Source: Accumulibacter sp. (GTDB lineage: Bacteria; Pseudomonadota; Gammaproteobacteria; Burkholderiales; Rhodocyclaceae). Taken from it: 64,000 bases of DNA. Location: NCBI RefSeq assembly GCF_029255285.1, contig NZ_JAPUVI010000041.1, positions 8,986 through 72,985 on the forward strand. Reading direction: 5' to 3'. A program made the position numbers and the translations under genes. The notes beneath the pieces were generated by a model. The model made no database searches. It was not told where the DNA came from and saw nothing but the letters and a program-made list of their open reading frames with translations. Shown in pieces: positions 38,167 to 48,684 of this stretch (positions within the stretch are counted from its first letter, which is position 1; each line of letters begins with the position of its first letter).

Positions 38167-40079
38167 TGCACGCCGGTTCTCTCGTTCGCTCGGCCCGCTT
38201 CGCCACGCTTCAGGTGGACCAACAGGATCGAGACCGCCGCCGGCGTCATTCCCTGAATGCGCGACGCCTGGCCGAGAGTCTGCGGTCGCTGGGCCGCCAA
38301 CTTCTGCTGGACCTCTTTCGACAAACCGCTGATCCCGCCAAAATCGAAGTCTTTCGGGAAGCGCGTTGCCTCGTTCGCCAGGTTCTTTGCCACTTCGTCC
38401 TGCTGCCTCTCGATGTAGCCCTGATAGCGCGCCTGAATCTCGACCTGCTCGACGACCTGCGCGTCGCGCAAACCGGCGTCGACCGATACGTCCTTCGCGT
38501 CCAAGGTCATCAGCGCGGCATAGCCGACGTCCGGGCGGCGCAGCAATTCGTACAGACTGTATTCGTGCTCCAGTGGCTTGCCGAAGACTCGTGTCGCCTG
38601 ATCGTCGCCGACCGTTCGGGGGTTGACCCAGGTCGACTTCAGGCGCTCCTGTTCGCGGGCAATTGCCGCCTGCTTGTCGGAAAACGCTCGCCAGCGCCGG
38701 TCGTCCACCAGACCGAGTCGCCGACCCGCCTCGGTCAGCCGCAGGTCGGCATTGTCTTCGCGCAGCGATAAACGATACTCGGCGCGGCTGGTGAACATCC
38801 GGTAGGGCTCCGACACGCCGCGCGTAATCAGATCGTCGACCAGCACTCCCAGGTAGGCTTCGTCACGGCGCGGGGTCCAGGCGTCCCGCTCGCCTGCCCA
38901 TAGTGCGGCATTGGCACCCGCCAGCAGGCCTTGTGCGGCGGCCTCCTCGTAGCCCGTCGTACCATTGATCTGGCCGGCAAAAAAGAGGCCGCCGATAGCC
39001 CGGGTCTCGAGCGAGGACTTGAGCGCTCGAGGGTCGAAGTAATCGTACTCGATGGCATAGCCGGGGCGCAGGATGTGGCAATTCTCCAGCCCGCGGATCG
39101 AACGTACGATCGCCAGTTGAACATCGAAAGGCAGGCTGGTGGAAATGCCGTTAGGGTAGACCTCGTGAGTCGCCAAGCCTTCCGGCTCGAGAAATACGTT
39201 GTGGCTGTTCTTGGCCGCGAAACGATGAATCTTGTCCTCGATCGAAGGGCAGTAACGGGGCCCGACACCCTCGATCAAACCCGTATACATTGGCGAGCGA
39301 TCGAGATTGGCGCGAATGATATCGTGCGTGCGCGGATTGGTGCTGGTAATCCAGCACGGCCGCTGCGGCGGATGCTGCGCCGCGTCGCCGAGAAAAGAAA
39401 ACACCGGTAGCGGATCGTCTGAGTGCTGCTCGGCCATAACCGAAAAGTCTATCGTTCGACCGTCGAGCCGCGGTGGCGTACCGGTCTTCAGGCGGCCGGC
39501 TGGCAACTCCAGGTCGCGCAGGCGCGCGGCCAGCGAAGTGGCCGGAGGATCTCCCATGCGTCCGCCAGTGTAATTCGACAAACCGACGTGAATCAGGCCG
39601 TTGAGAAAGGTTCCCGTGGTCAGGACGACGGCCCGGGCAGAAAAACGCACGCCCAGCTGAGTCACCACGCCAGCGACGCGATCACCGTCGAGGATCAGAT
39701 CGTCACAAGCCTGGGCAAAGGTCATCAGATTCGGCTGGCGCTCGAGACGGCACCGAATGGCTTGCCGGTACAACACGCGATCCGCCTGCGCACGAGTTGC
39801 GCGCACGGCCGGGCCCTTGCTCGAGTTGAGAATCCGGAACTGAATGCCGGCTTCGTCCGCCGCCTCGGCCATCACTCCACCGAGGGCATCGATCTCCTTC
39901 ACCAGGTGGCCCTTGCCGATCCCGCCGATCGAAGGGTTGCAGCTCATGGCACCGAGGGTTTCCAGGTTGTGCGTCAGCAGCAGGGTCTTCATTCCCATGC
40001 GTGCGGCAGCCAGCGCCGCCTCGCTGCCGGCATGGCCGCCACCGACTACGATGACATCAAAACGTTCAGGGAAAAGCAT
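38163..40079 (-). CDS. mnmG: tRNA uridine-5-carboxymethylaminomethyl modification enzyme MnmG (GidA)
   Basis: [19 protein letters not shown] motif and full-length MnmG similarity. Confidence 0.97.
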   Translation of the reverse strand: MLFPERFDVIVVGGGHAGSEAALAAARMGMKTLLLTHNLETLGAMSCNPSIGGIGKGHLVKEIDALGGVMAEAADEAGIQFRILNSSKGPAVRATRAQADRVLYRQAIRCRLERQPNLMTFAQACDDLILDGDRVAGVVTQLGVRFSARAVVLTTGTFLNGLIHVGLSNYTGGRMGDPPATSLAARLRDLELPAGRLKTGTPPRLDGRTIDFSVMAEQHSDDPLPVFSFLGDAAQHPPQRPCWITSTNPRTHDIIRANLDRSPMYTGLIEGVGPRYCPSIEDKIHRFAAKNSHNVFLEPEGLATHEVYPNGISTSLPFDVQLAIVRSIRGLENCHILRPGYAIEYDYFDPRALKSSLETRAIGGLFFAGQINGTTGYEEAAAQGLLAGANAALWAGERDAWTPRRDEAYLGVLVDDLITRGVSEPYRMFTSRAEYRLSLREDNADLRLTEAGRRLGLVDDRRWRAFSDKQAAIAREQERLKSTWVNPRTVGDDQATRVFGKPLEHEYSLYELLRRPDVGYAALMTLDAKDVSVDAGLRDAQVVEQVEIQARYQGYIERQQDEVAKNLANEATRFPKDFDFGGISGLSKEVQQKLAAQRPQTLGQASRIQGMTPAAVSILLVHLKRGEAGRANERTGVQ

Positions 40080-40282
40080 GGGCGATTGCCATCTGGCGCG
40101 CGGCGGACCGACGGGAAAGAACGGGATTCTACGCCAGTTCGCTGAAACATAACAGGTTTCAGGTGTCTCAAAGAGGCATTAGAATGGCTTTTGGGGTCGG
40201 CCGGACCCGTTCATTAGCGCAGGGCCAGGCAAAGGAAATCTGCCGCTGCCAGGGCCGGTCTAGCGCCAAAGAACAGGAATCG

Positions 40283-40319
40283 ATAGCGCCTGGCTATGAT
40301 TTAGATTACTAGAATCAAT
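40283..40319 (+). promoter_or_regulatory. OxyR-type operator upstream of ahpC
   Basis: ATAG-N7-CTAT-N7-ATTA-N7-CAAT. The first half matches the ATAG-N7-CTAT consensus perfectly and the second half is degenerate. It lies 76 nt upstream of the ahpC ATG. Confidence 0.5.
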
Positions 40320-40394
40320 TGGAACAATTCTGGTGACTCCACTACCATTCGTCCGTCGTTTCTTTTATCCACCGAACTCGAAGGAGAGCTCAAG

Positions 40395-40958
40395 ATGTCC
40401 TTGATCAATACCGAAGTCAAACCGTTCAAAGCCACCGCGTTCCACAACGGCAAGTTTGGTCCCGTTTCCGACGCCGACCTGAAGGGAAAATGGTCAGTGG
40501 TCGTCTTTTACCCGGCTGATTTCACCTTCGTCTGCCCGACCGAACTGGGCGACCTGGCCGACGAATACGATTCGTTTCAGAAAATCGGCGTCGAAGTGTA
40601 CGCGGTGTCCACGGACACCCACTTTACGCACAAGGCTTGGCACGATGCCTCCGACACCATCAAGAAGATCCGCTATCCGATGATCGGCGACCCGACCGGT
40701 ACGATCACCCGCAACTTCGGCGTGATGATCGAGGAAGAGGGCTTGGCACTGCGCGGCACCTTCGTCATCAATCCCGAAGGCGTCATCAAAGTCTGCGAGA
40801 TTCACGACCTGGGCATTGGCCGTGACGCCAAGGAGTTGCTGCGCAAGGTACAAGCGGCGCAATACGTGGCCAGCCATCCGGGTGAAGTCTGCCCGGCCAA
40901 GTGGACGCCGGGCGACGCCACGCTTTCGCCGTCGCTCGACCTGGTCGGCAAGATCTAA
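40395..40958 (+). CDS. ahpC: Alkyl hydroperoxide reductase subunit C (peroxiredoxin)
   Basis: [20 protein letters not shown] peroxidatic Cys motif and C-terminal resolving Cys (EVCPAKW). Confidence 0.97.
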   Translation: MSLINTEVKPFKATAFHNGKFGPVSDADLKGKWSVVVFYPADFTFVCPTELGDLADEYDSFQKIGVEVYAVSTDTHFTHKAWHDASDTIKKIRYPMIGDPTGTITRNFGVMIEEEGLALRGTFVINPEGVIKVCEIHDLGIGRDAKELLRKVQAAQYVASHPGEVCPAKWTPGDATLSPSLDLVGKI

Positions 40959-41019
40959 TACACGAAAGCCGGTGGCCGGGTTTCGCCGCCGCGGTGGCGA
41001 AACTGGCGGGTTCCAGCGC

Positions 41020-41057
41020 AAAGGGGCTGCAGGGCTAGCTGCTTGGCGGCCCCTTTT
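41020..41057 (+). terminator. Intercistronic hairpin / partial terminator between ahpC and ahpF
   Basis: AAAGGGGC...GCAG..CTGC...GCCCCTTT forms an extended stem ending in TTTT. A second imperfect hairpin lies at 40963-40985. Confidence 0.55.
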
Positions 41058-41085
41058 CCATGACACCCGACGCGAGAGAAATCAC

Positions 41086-42645
41086 ATGCTAGACGCCAAC
41101 ATCAAGACTCAGCTCAAGGCCTACCTCGAGAAAATCCGCCAGCCGATCGAACTCGTCGCCTCGCTCGACGACAGCGCAAAGGGGCGCGAGATGTGGGCTT
41201 TGCTCCTGGAGATCGCCGAACTTTCCGACAAGGTCAGCGCCAGGCAGGACGGCGAGGCTTCACGCAAGCCCTCGTTCGCCATTGGCCGTGCCGGAGAACA
41301 GCCGCGCATCAGCTTTGCCGGGATCCCGATGGGCCACGAGTTCACTTCGCTGATTCTTGCCCTGCTGCAGGTCGGCGGTCATCCGCCGAAGGCGGAAGCG
41401 GCGACCATGGACGACATTCGCGCGATTGCCGGCGAGTTCCATTTCGAAACCTTCATTTCGCTGTCCTGCCACAACTGTCCCGATGTTGTCCAGGCCCTCA
41501 ACCTGATGGCCGTGCTCAACCCCGGCATCAGTCACCAGATGATCGACGGTGCGCTTTTCCAGGACGAGGTGACGCGCCGTCAGATCATGGGAGTACCGAC
41601 GGTCTACCTGAACGGCGAACATTTCGGTCAGGGCCGCATGCTGCTTGAGGAAATCGTCGGGCGGATCGATACCGGCGCCCGGCAGCGCGAAGCCGAGAAG
41701 ATATCGGCCCGCGAACCCTTCGACGTGCTCATCGTCGGTGGCGGACCGGCCGGTGCCGCCGCCGCGATCTACGCGGCACGCAAGGGAATCCGTACCGGAG
41801 TCGTCAGCGAACGCTTCGGTGGACAGGTACTCGACACCCTGGCGATCGAGAACTTCATCTCGGTCAGTCAGACCGACGGGCCCAAGCTCGCTGCCGGACT
41901 CGAGCAGCATGTCCGGGAGTACGAGGTCGACGTCATGGATCTGCAGCGTGCCGAAGTGCTGCTCCCCGGTGGTGGCACCGGGCTCAGTGAAGTTCGGCTG
42001 GCCAGCGGCGCGACACTCAGGAGCAAGACGGTGATCATTGCCACCGGGGCGCGCTGGCGCGAAATGAATGTGCCAGGCGAAAATGAGTATCGCGGCCACG
42101 GGGTGGCCTACTGTCCGCATTGCGACGGCCCCTTGTTCAAAGGCAAGCGAGTCGCCGTCATTGGCGGCGGCAACTCCGGCGTCGAGGCGGCGATCGACCT
42201 GGCCGGCGTCGTTGCGCACGTCACCTTGCTCGAATTCGACAACCAACTGCGAGCCGACGCCGTGCTGCAAAAGAAACTCTTCAGTCTGGCCAACGTCCAG
42301 GTGATCACCAGCGCACTGACCACGGAAGTGACCGGCGACGGCAAGCGGGTCAACGGGCTGGTGTACACCGATCGCCGCAGCGGCGAAGCAAATCGCGTCG
42401 AGCTCGAAGGTATTTTCGTGCAGATCGGCCTGCTGCCCAACACCGAGTGGCTGGCAGGAACGGTCGCCCTGTCGGCGCGCGGCGAGATCGAAATCAACCC
42501 TCGCGGCGAAACCTCGGTACCCGGCGTCTTCGCCGCCGGCGACGTCACGACGGTACCATTCAAGCAGATCGTCATCGCCCTTGGCGAAGGCGCGAAGGCT
42601 TCGCTCAGCGCTTTCGATTACTTGATCCGCCAATCGGTCGCCTGA
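41086..42645 (+). CDS. ahpF: Alkyl hydroperoxide reductase subunit F
   Basis: Start at the ATG 41086 ([16 protein letters not shown]). N-terminal thioredoxin-like CHNC. FAD motif [18 protein letters not shown] and redox CPHCDG. Confidence 0.95.
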   Translation: MLDANIKTQLKAYLEKIRQPIELVASLDDSAKGREMWALLLEIAELSDKVSARQDGEASRKPSFAIGRAGEQPRISFAGIPMGHEFTSLILALLQVGGHPPKAEAATMDDIRAIAGEFHFETFISLSCHNCPDVVQALNLMAVLNPGISHQMIDGALFQDEVTRRQIMGVPTVYLNGEHFGQGRMLLEEIVGRIDTGARQREAEKISAREPFDVLIVGGGPAGAAAAIYAARKGIRTGVVSERFGGQVLDTLAIENFISVSQTDGPKLAAGLEQHVREYEVDVMDLQRAEVLLPGGGTGLSEVRLASGATLRSKTVIIATGARWREMNVPGENEYRGHGVAYCPHCDGPLFKGKRVAVIGGGNSGVEAAIDLAGVVAHVTLLEFDNQLRADAVLQKKLFSLANVQVITSALTTEVTGDGKRVNGLVYTDRRSGEANRVELEGIFVQIGLLPNTEWLAGTVALSARGEIEINPRGETSVPGVFAAGDVTTVPFKQIVIALGEGAKASLSAFDYLIRQSVA

Positions 42646-42658
42646 GGCGCTTTCGGAG

Positions 42659-42689
42659 GTCGGCACGGACCGCCTCTGCCCGTGCCGAC
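42659..42689 (+). other. Perfect 10-bp stem hairpin downstream of ahpF (no T-run)
   Basis: GTCGGCACGG - 11-nt loop - CCGTGCCGAC. It may be a terminator or processing structure; function unproven. Confidence 0.35.
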
Positions 42690-42783
42690 ACCCGGCCCGG
42701 ACGGCTGCCGTGTCATGCCGCCCGTGTCATCGGTCGGCGATCGAGCGCTTGATCGACAGAGAACTCTCGCGTAATGTTTCAGC

Positions 42784-44505
42784 ATGAAAACGCCCGAAAG
42801 CACCGAGGAGCTGCGTCACAAGCTCAGCCGGGAACTGGCCAGCAAGCGAGCGCTGCTGATCGATCGCCACCCCAACGCCCGGAACTCTCTTCGCATCATG
42901 CTTTCGGCGCTGGGGGTTACGGCGGTGCATAATGCCGGCAGCTCGGCGGAAGTGCTGCGGCAGGTCAAAGGGCATCATTTCGACATCATCCTGTCGGACT
43001 ACCAGCTCGAAGACGGGCGCGACGGCCAGCAACTGCTCGAAGAACTCCGTCAGCAGCACCTGGTGGCCCTGAGCACCGTATTCATCATTATCACCAGCGA
43101 GCGCGGCTACCACAACGTCGTTTCGGTCGCCGAGCTGGCGCCGGACGACTACCTGATCAAACCCTTCACGGCCGACGAGCTGCACGGCCGGCTGATTCGC
43201 GCCCTCTACAAGAAGAGTTTTTTCGCGCAACTCTACGAGCAACTCGACAACGGCGCCTTTACCGAAGCCCTGGCCACCTGCGAAAAGCTGCTCGGGCAAG
43301 AGAGCGCTTTCCTGTTCGATGCCTTGCGTCTGAAGGGAGAAATCCTCAATGCCCTGGGCCGTCATGCCGACGCGCAGCTCGTTTACGAGCAGGTGCTCAA
43401 ACAGCGTGTCGTGCCGTGGGCGAAAATGGGTCTGGCCATGGCGCTGCGCGGACAGCAGCAACTGGCCGAAGCGGAAGCTGTCGGACAGGCCTTGGTTGAC
43501 GACTTCCCCGAGTTCACAGCGGCCTACGACTTTCTCGCCGAAGTGCAGGACGACATGGGCAAGGCGACGGAGGCGCAGGAGATCCTGCAGCGTGCGGCAC
43601 TGATCTCGCCCAACAACTCGAACCGGCAGCGCCTGGTGGGTGACGTCGCGGCACGCAACAACGATCTTCAGATGGCCGAAAAGGCCTACGGCAAGGTGCT
43701 GGAGCGCCGTCGCGGGTCATCGTTGAAGAACATCGACGACTACACCAATCTGTCGCGCGTCATGGTGCAACGCGGTCATACCGAAGGCGCCAGAAAAGTG
43801 ACCGATGAACTCCGCCGCGACTGGCGAGGCAACAAGCACGGGGAATTGGCCGCGCTCGTCATGGAGGGTCTATGCGCCGAAAAGGAAGGGGATCCCGCCA
43901 AAGCCAAGCGCGCCGTCGAGCAGGCGGTTTTACTACACCAGTCCTTGCAGGACGAAGGCGCCGCGACACCTGTGTCGCAGAAACTGACACTCGACTTGGC
44001 GCAAGCCTGCCTGGCGACCGGCAACGAGGCCATGGCGCAGGAACTCGTCCGCAAGGTCGCCGCGGAGAACCACGAAAACCGCGCCATGATTGCGCAGGTC
44101 CAAAACATGTATACGCGGGCCGGGAAAGAGGAAAGCGGCCAGGAGCTTCTTGCGCAGGTCGGGCGGGAAATCGTCGAACTCAACAACCGCGGTGTGATGG
44201 CAGCGCGTAGCGGCGACGTTCAGGGCTCCGTACAGTTGCTGATGGAAGCGGCTGAACGCGTACCGAATCTGCAGTTCCTGGTCAATGCGACGAAAGCGAT
44301 TTTCACCCTGCTCGACATCAAGGGCTGGGACGCGACGCTGGCGAAACGTGGCCTGCGCTACCTGGAAATGGCCCAGACCAAGGACATGCGCAACCCGCGG
44401 GTGATTTCGGCGAGAGAGATGTACCAGCGCGTTGCTCGCAAGTACGGCGTGTCGATCGTCCCTTTCAGCGGCGCGCGAAACCAAGGCGACAAAGCTGCCG
44501 GCTGA
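42784..44505 (+). CDS. Orphan response-regulator receiver domain fused to a long TPR-repeat region
   Basis: Receiver residues are present: LLIDRH, phospho-acceptor DIILSDYQL, IIITSE and YLIKPF. About 430 aa of TPR-like helical repeats follow, with no DNA-binding or enzymatic output. Confidence 0.8.
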   Translation: MKTPESTEELRHKLSRELASKRALLIDRHPNARNSLRIMLSALGVTAVHNAGSSAEVLRQVKGHHFDIILSDYQLEDGRDGQQLLEELRQQHLVALSTVFIIITSERGYHNVVSVAELAPDDYLIKPFTADELHGRLIRALYKKSFFAQLYEQLDNGAFTEALATCEKLLGQESAFLFDALRLKGEILNALGRHADAQLVYEQVLKQRVVPWAKMGLAMALRGQQQLAEAEAVGQALVDDFPEFTAAYDFLAEVQDDMGKATEAQEILQRAALISPNNSNRQRLVGDVAARNNDLQMAEKAYGKVLERRRGSSLKNIDDYTNLSRVMVQRGHTEGARKVTDELRRDWRGNKHGELAALVMEGLCAEKEGDPAKAKRAVEQAVLLHQSLQDEGAATPVSQKLTLDLAQACLATGNEAMAQELVRKVAAENHENRAMIAQVQNMYTRAGKEESGQELLAQVGREIVELNNRGVMAARSGDVQGSVQLLMEAAERVPNLQFLVNATKAIFTLLDIKGWDATLAKRGLRYLEMAQTKDMRNPRVISAREMYQRVARKYGVSIVPFSGARNQGDKAAG

Positions 44506-44565
44506 GCGCAGGCGGCGCTTTTGGCTCGACACGGCGGTTTCTTCGGGCGGCGACATGGCCGGCCG

Positions 44566-45498
44566 CTAGCTGGACCCGATGGCGGGTCTCGCGTCCCGAT
44601 CTTCGGCCCTCGCCCCCTGCAACAGATGGTCGAGGAAAGCCTGCGCCGGCAAGGACAGGGCCTTCGACTTCAGGTGCACGGCACGCCAATGCTTGCGTAG
44701 GGGAAACCCCTTGACGTCGAGAATGCACAGTCCCTGCGTGACTGGATCCACCGGCAAGGCGTGCCGGGACAGAACTGCCGGTCCCATGCCGCTGGCAACG
44801 AGGTCACAAATCGCCTCATTGCTGTTCAACGTCAGTCTGACGTCGAGTTTCAGTCCCGCCTGCGAGAGATGGGTATCTATCGTCCGGCGCGAGCCGGAAC
44901 CCGTCTCGCGCAGAATGAAGCGCTCGCTGGCCAACGCGCCGAGCTCGATCCGCTGTCCAGCCGCCCAATGACCTGCCGCCGCGATGACCACCAGTTCATT
45001 GTCGAGAAATGGGTAGCTAACCAACTCAAGGTCTTCCGGCGGATAGACCATGATGTAGAGATCATCCTGATTGCCGCGTAGCCGCGAGACGACCCGTTCG
45101 CGGTCGGCGATTTCCATTTCGACGTCGATTTCCGGGTAGCGCCGGCAAAAGTCGCCCAGCATGCGCGGCAGGAAGGAGCGCGCCGTGGGTACCAGTGCCA
45201 CCCTCAGGCGGCCGCGTTTCAAACCCTTGAGGTCGTCGATCGCCGACTCGAGGCGGTTCCAGACGTCGTCCAGTGCCTTTACCGTTTTCGACATTTCCTC
45301 GCCAGCTTCGGTCAGGAGCACCTCTCGCCCCTGCTGTTCAAACAACGGTAAGCCGAGGACCTCGACCATTTGCTTCACCTGCAGCGAAACTGCTGGCTGC
45401 GTCAAATGCAATGCCGCGGCGGCTTTCGTGAAGCTGCGGTGCGCAGCGACCGCGGCAAAGGCTTCCAGTTGGCGGAACGTGATTCGGCGACGTGGCAT
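44566..45498 (-). CDS. LysR-family transcriptional regulator
   Basis: N-terminal helix-turn-helix FRQLEAFAAVAAHRSFTKAAAALHLTQPAVSLQVKQ and a LysR substrate-binding domain. Confidence 0.9.
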   Translation of the reverse strand: MPRRRITFRQLEAFAAVAAHRSFTKAAAALHLTQPAVSLQVKQMVEVLGLPLFEQQGREVLLTEAGEEMSKTVKALDDVWNRLESAIDDLKGLKRGRLRVALVPTARSFLPRMLGDFCRRYPEIDVEMEIADRERVVSRLRGNQDDLYIMVYPPEDLELVSYPFLDNELVVIAAAGHWAAGQRIELGALASERFILRETGSGSRRTIDTHLSQAGLKLDVRLTLNSNEAICDLVASGMGPAVLSRHALPVDPVTQGLCILDVKGFPLRKHWRAVHLKSKALSLPAQAFLDHLLQGARAEDRDARPAIGSS

Positions 45499-45626
45499 GT
45501 ATAAGCCTTATCAAATTACTATTCTAAATTTTCTCATTTGATTTTATCGCTTTGCGCTCGCATAGTGGGGCTGTCGAGCAAACGATGGCCGACAAAACCC
45601 AAACCGATTCTTCTTGGAGAAAGCAT

Positions 45627-46079
45627 ATGCGGCACTACGATTCGGACAGCGCTGAAGCCAGGGCGCGTTTCGTCTCTCTCGCCCTTCTCGCCGATGGCGG
45701 GCTGGACAACAGCGAACTGAACCTGCTGCAAAAACAGGATCTTCTCGACCGGCTGGGCATCACGTCCGACACTTTCGATCGAGTGATTCACGAATTCTGC
45801 GACGACGTTCGGCTGTCGACGCGCGCTCCCGGTTTTGGGCAGATCGAGATCGACAGCGAAACGATCGACCATTTGCTCGACGACATTCGCTCACCCGAAC
45901 TGCAAAAGGGAACTCTGCGGGTGCTTCTCGACATCGTCGCCGCCGATGGTTGCCTCAACGGAGGCGAAGCCCTTTTGGTGGCGCAAGCCATGCGGCGCTG
46001 GGGACTCGAGCTGCACGATGTCTCGCATGACGCGCAGCGCCTGGGGGTTCGTCGCGAACTGCGCATCGAATGCGAGTAA
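45627..46079 (+). CDS. Hypothetical protein, TerB-like (tellurite-resistance TerB fold?)
   Basis: Best RBS (GGAG, 6-nt spacing) precedes the ATG at 45627; in-frame alternatives are the ATG at 45585 and the TTG at 45552. Paired helical segments LALLADGGLDNSELNLL and LLDIVAADGCLNGGEALLV resemble TerB-type repeats. The family call is tentative. Confidence 0.5.
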   Translation: MRHYDSDSAEARARFVSLALLADGGLDNSELNLLQKQDLLDRLGITSDTFDRVIHEFCDDVRLSTRAPGFGQIEIDSETIDHLLDDIRSPELQKGTLRVLLDIVAADGCLNGGEALLVAQAMRRWGLELHDVSHDAQRLGVRRELRIECE

Positions 46080-46123
46080 GTGGGATTGGTCGAACGTGAA
46101 CTCCGCACCGAGAAACAGCAGAT

Positions 46124-46888
46124 CTAATGCCGGCCGCCCAGCCCCAGGTAGCTTTCGACGACCCGTTGGTCGGTAAGGAGCTCGCGGCTGCGCCCTTCCA
46201 ACGACAACTCGCCGGTTTCGAGAACGTAGCCATAGTCGGCGATCTGCAACGCCGCTCGGGCGTTCTGTTCGACGAGCAAAATCGCCACGCCCAGCTTCTT
46301 GAGTTGGCTGATGGTGCGGAAAATCTCCCGGATGACCAGTGGCGCAAGCCCCAGGCTGGGTTCGTCGAGCAGCAACAGCCGGGGTTTGGCCATCAGCGCG
46401 CGGCCCATGGCCAGCATCTGGCGCTCGCCGCCGGACAGGGTACCGGCCATCTGCTGACGACGCTCCATCAGGCGTGGAAAGATGTCGTACACTTGGTCGA
46501 TGGTTTCCAACTGGTCACGATGGCCGACCCGATACCGATCGAAGGCACCCAGCAGGAGATTGTCCTCGACGCTCATTTCGGCAAACAGTTCGCGTTTCTC
46601 GGGCACCAGTGTCATCCCTTGGCGCACCAGTTTCTCGACGCTACGCCCGGCGTCCTGACGCTCGCCGAGATAGACGATATCACCGCGTACCGGCAGCAGA
46701 CCGATCAGCGCGCAAAGCAGGGTGGTCTTGCCGGCACCGTTCGGACCGATGACAGTGACGATTTCGCCACGGTGCACTCGGAGTGCTATCCCGTGCAAGG
46801 CATCGACCTTGCCATAGCTGACCGACAGTCCGCGCACTTGGAGGACCACGGTTTGCCCGTCGTCGCCGTCGTCGTCCAGAACCCTCAT
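46124..46888 (-). CDS. Branched-chain amino acid-type ABC transporter ATP-binding protein (LivF-like)
   Basis: Start at the ATG 46886-46888, overlapping the upstream stop (ATGA). GPNGAGKTT Walker A, LSGGERQMLAMGRAL signature, and LLLLDEPS. Confidence 0.9.
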   Translation of the reverse strand: MRVLDDDGDDGQTVVLQVRGLSVSYGKVDALHGIALRVHRGEIVTVIGPNGAGKTTLLCALIGLLPVRGDIVYLGERQDAGRSVEKLVRQGMTLVPEKRELFAEMSVEDNLLLGAFDRYRVGHRDQLETIDQVYDIFPRLMERRQQMAGTLSGGERQMLAMGRALMAKPRLLLLDEPSLGLAPLVIREIFRTISQLKKLGVAILLVEQNARAALQIADYGYVLETGELSLEGRSRELLTDQRVVESYLGLGGRH

Positions 46889-48684
46889 TCGACACCTCCC
46901 AGATAGGCTTCGACCACCGCCGGATTCCGCTGGATCTCGGCCGGCAGGCCGGTAGCCAGTTGGCGCCCGAACTCCATGACCAGCACGCGGTCGGCCAAGC
47001 CCATCACGAAGTCCATGTCGTGTTCGACGAGCAGGATGCCGATCCCTTCGGCACGCAACCGGCGCAGCAGATCGGCGAGTGCCTGCTTCTCCAGGTAGCG
47101 CAGACCGGCGGCCGGTTCGTCGAGCAGCAGCAGACAAGGGTCGGCAGCCAGCGCGCGGGCAATCTCGACCAGCCGCTGCTTGCCGAGCGGCAGGCTGCCG
47201 GCAGCATCATGCATTTGCTCGGCAAGACCGCAGCGCTCGATCTGCCACGCCGCTTCGTCGAACAGGCGTGCTTCCTCGGCCCGATCGGCACGGCAGGCGG
47301 CAGCGAGAAAACCCTTTTCACCGCGCAGATGCGCGCCGATAGCGACGTTTTCGATGACGCTCATGCCGGTCAGCAGACGAACATGCTGAAAGGTCCGGCT
47401 CATGCCGAGGCGGGCGATGTCGCGCGCCGGCAGGGATTCGACACGTTGACCACGAAAGGAGACGCCGCCCGACGTCAGTGGGTCGACACCGGAGATGCCG
47501 TTGAACATGGTGCTCTTGCCCGCGCCATTCGGACCGATCAGCGCCATCACCTCGCCTGCGCGAACCGTGAAGCTGACGTTGTCGTTCGCTACCAAGCCAC
47601 CGAAACGCTTACTTGCCCGAGTGACTTCGAGCAATAGCGAGCCGGATTCCGGCCGCGGACGCCGCGCCAAGGGGAGGCGAGGCGGCGACTCGGTCTCCGC
47701 AACAGACGTCGGCGCTGACCGCCGCCGCGCCGGCGGCGGGAACAGGCGCGTTACGATTGGCCACACGCCGTCGCGCGCGCGATGCAGGACGAAGATCATC
47801 AGTAGTCCGAAGACGATGACCTCGAAGTTGCCACTCTGCCCGAGCACGATGGGCAACCAGTCCTGCAACCACTGTTTCAGAATGGTGATCAGCCCAGCAC
47901 CGACGATCGCTCCCCAGACGTGCGCGACACCACCGACGACAGCCATGAAAAGATACTCGATGCCTTGCGTCAGCGAAAAGGGCGTCGGATTCACGAAGCG
48001 CTGCAGGTGGGCGTAGAGCCAGCCGGAAACACTCGCATAGAGAGCGGCGACGGTAAAGATGACGATCTTCGCGCGCGGCGTGTCGACACCCATCGCCTCC
48101 GCCATCAGCGAGCCGCCGCGCAAGGCACGAATGGCGCGTCCCTCGCGCGAGTCGAGCAGGTTGCGCGTGCCGAGGACGACGACCAGCAGGACAGCCCAGA
48201 TCAGATAGAAAAACTCGCGTCCCGACTTGATCTCACGGTCCAGGATCTGCAATGGCGGGATGCCGCTGATGCCGGTGTGGCCGCCCAGTACCTCGAGATT
48301 ACCGAACAGATAGTAGAGGCTGATGCCCCAGGCGATCGTCCCCAGAGGCAGGAAATGCCCCGACAGGCGCAGCGTCACCAAGCCGAGCGAAACGGCGACG
48401 ACGGCGGTCACCAGCAGGCCGGCGGGCAGCGTCAGCCAGGGCGAAAGCCCGTGCACGGTCGTCAGGTAGGCAGACGTGTACGCGCCGAGCCCGACGAAAG
48501 CCGCCTGCCCGAACGAAGTCAGTCCGCCGACGCCGGTCAGCATGACCAGTCCCAAGGCGACGATCGCGTAGAGACCGATGTAGTTGAGCAGGGTGACGTA
48601 GAATTCCGGCAGCAGCAGCGGGGCGACCGCGAGTGCGGCGACGAACGGCAAGAGGTAGGCCGCGGCGCGCGTGGAGTCCTTCAT
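46885..48684 (-). CDS. Fused LivM-like permease and LivG-like ATPase (599 aa)
   Basis: The N-terminal ~330 aa is a polytopic permease. A Pro/Arg-rich linker follows, then a C-terminal ABC ATPase (GPNGAGKST, LPLGKQRLVEIARAL, LLLLDEPAAG). Confidence 0.88.
   Translation of the reverse strand: MKDSTRAAAYLLPFVAALAVAPLLLPEFYVTLLNYIGLYAIVALGLVMLTGVGGLTSFGQAAFVGLGAYTSAYLTTVHGLSPWLTLPAGLLVTAVVAVSLGLVTLRLSGHFLPLGTIAWGISLYYLFGNLEVLGGHTGISGIPPLQILDREIKSGREFFYLIWAVLLVVVLGTRNLLDSREGRAIRALRGGSLMAEAMGVDTPRAKIVIFTVAALYASVSGWLYAHLQRFVNPTPFSLTQGIEYLFMAVVGGVAHVWGAIVGAGLITILKQWLQDWLPIVLGQSGNFEVIVFGLLMIFVLHRARDGVWPIVTRLFPPPARRRSAPTSVAETESPPRLPLARRPRPESGSLLLEVTRASKRFGGLVANDNVSFTVRAGEVMALIGPNGAGKSTMFNGISGVDPLTSGGVSFRGQRVESLPARDIARLGMSRTFQHVRLLTGMSVIENVAIGAHLRGEKGFLAAACRADRAEEARLFDEAAWQIERCGLAEQMHDAAGSLPLGKQRLVEIARALAADPCLLLLDEPAAGLRYLEKQALADLLRRLRAEGIGILLVEHDMDFVMGLADRVLVMEFGRQLATGLPAEIQRNPAVVEAYLGGVE

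Noticed and set aside
40142-40162. Perfect inverted repeat CTGAAAC-N7-GTTTCAG in the mnmG/ahpC intergenic region.
   Set aside because: It is a short stem of only 7 bp with no adjacent promoter hexamers or T-run that I could tie to either gene. I noted it but cannot assign a function.
40365-40373. DnaA-box-like 9-mer TTATCCACC next to mnmG (gidA), raising the possibility of oriC.
   Set aside because: It is a single copy with one mismatch. I saw no cluster of boxes, no AT-rich 13-mer DUE and no GATC clustering. It sits inside the ahpC leader, so it is most likely fortuitous.
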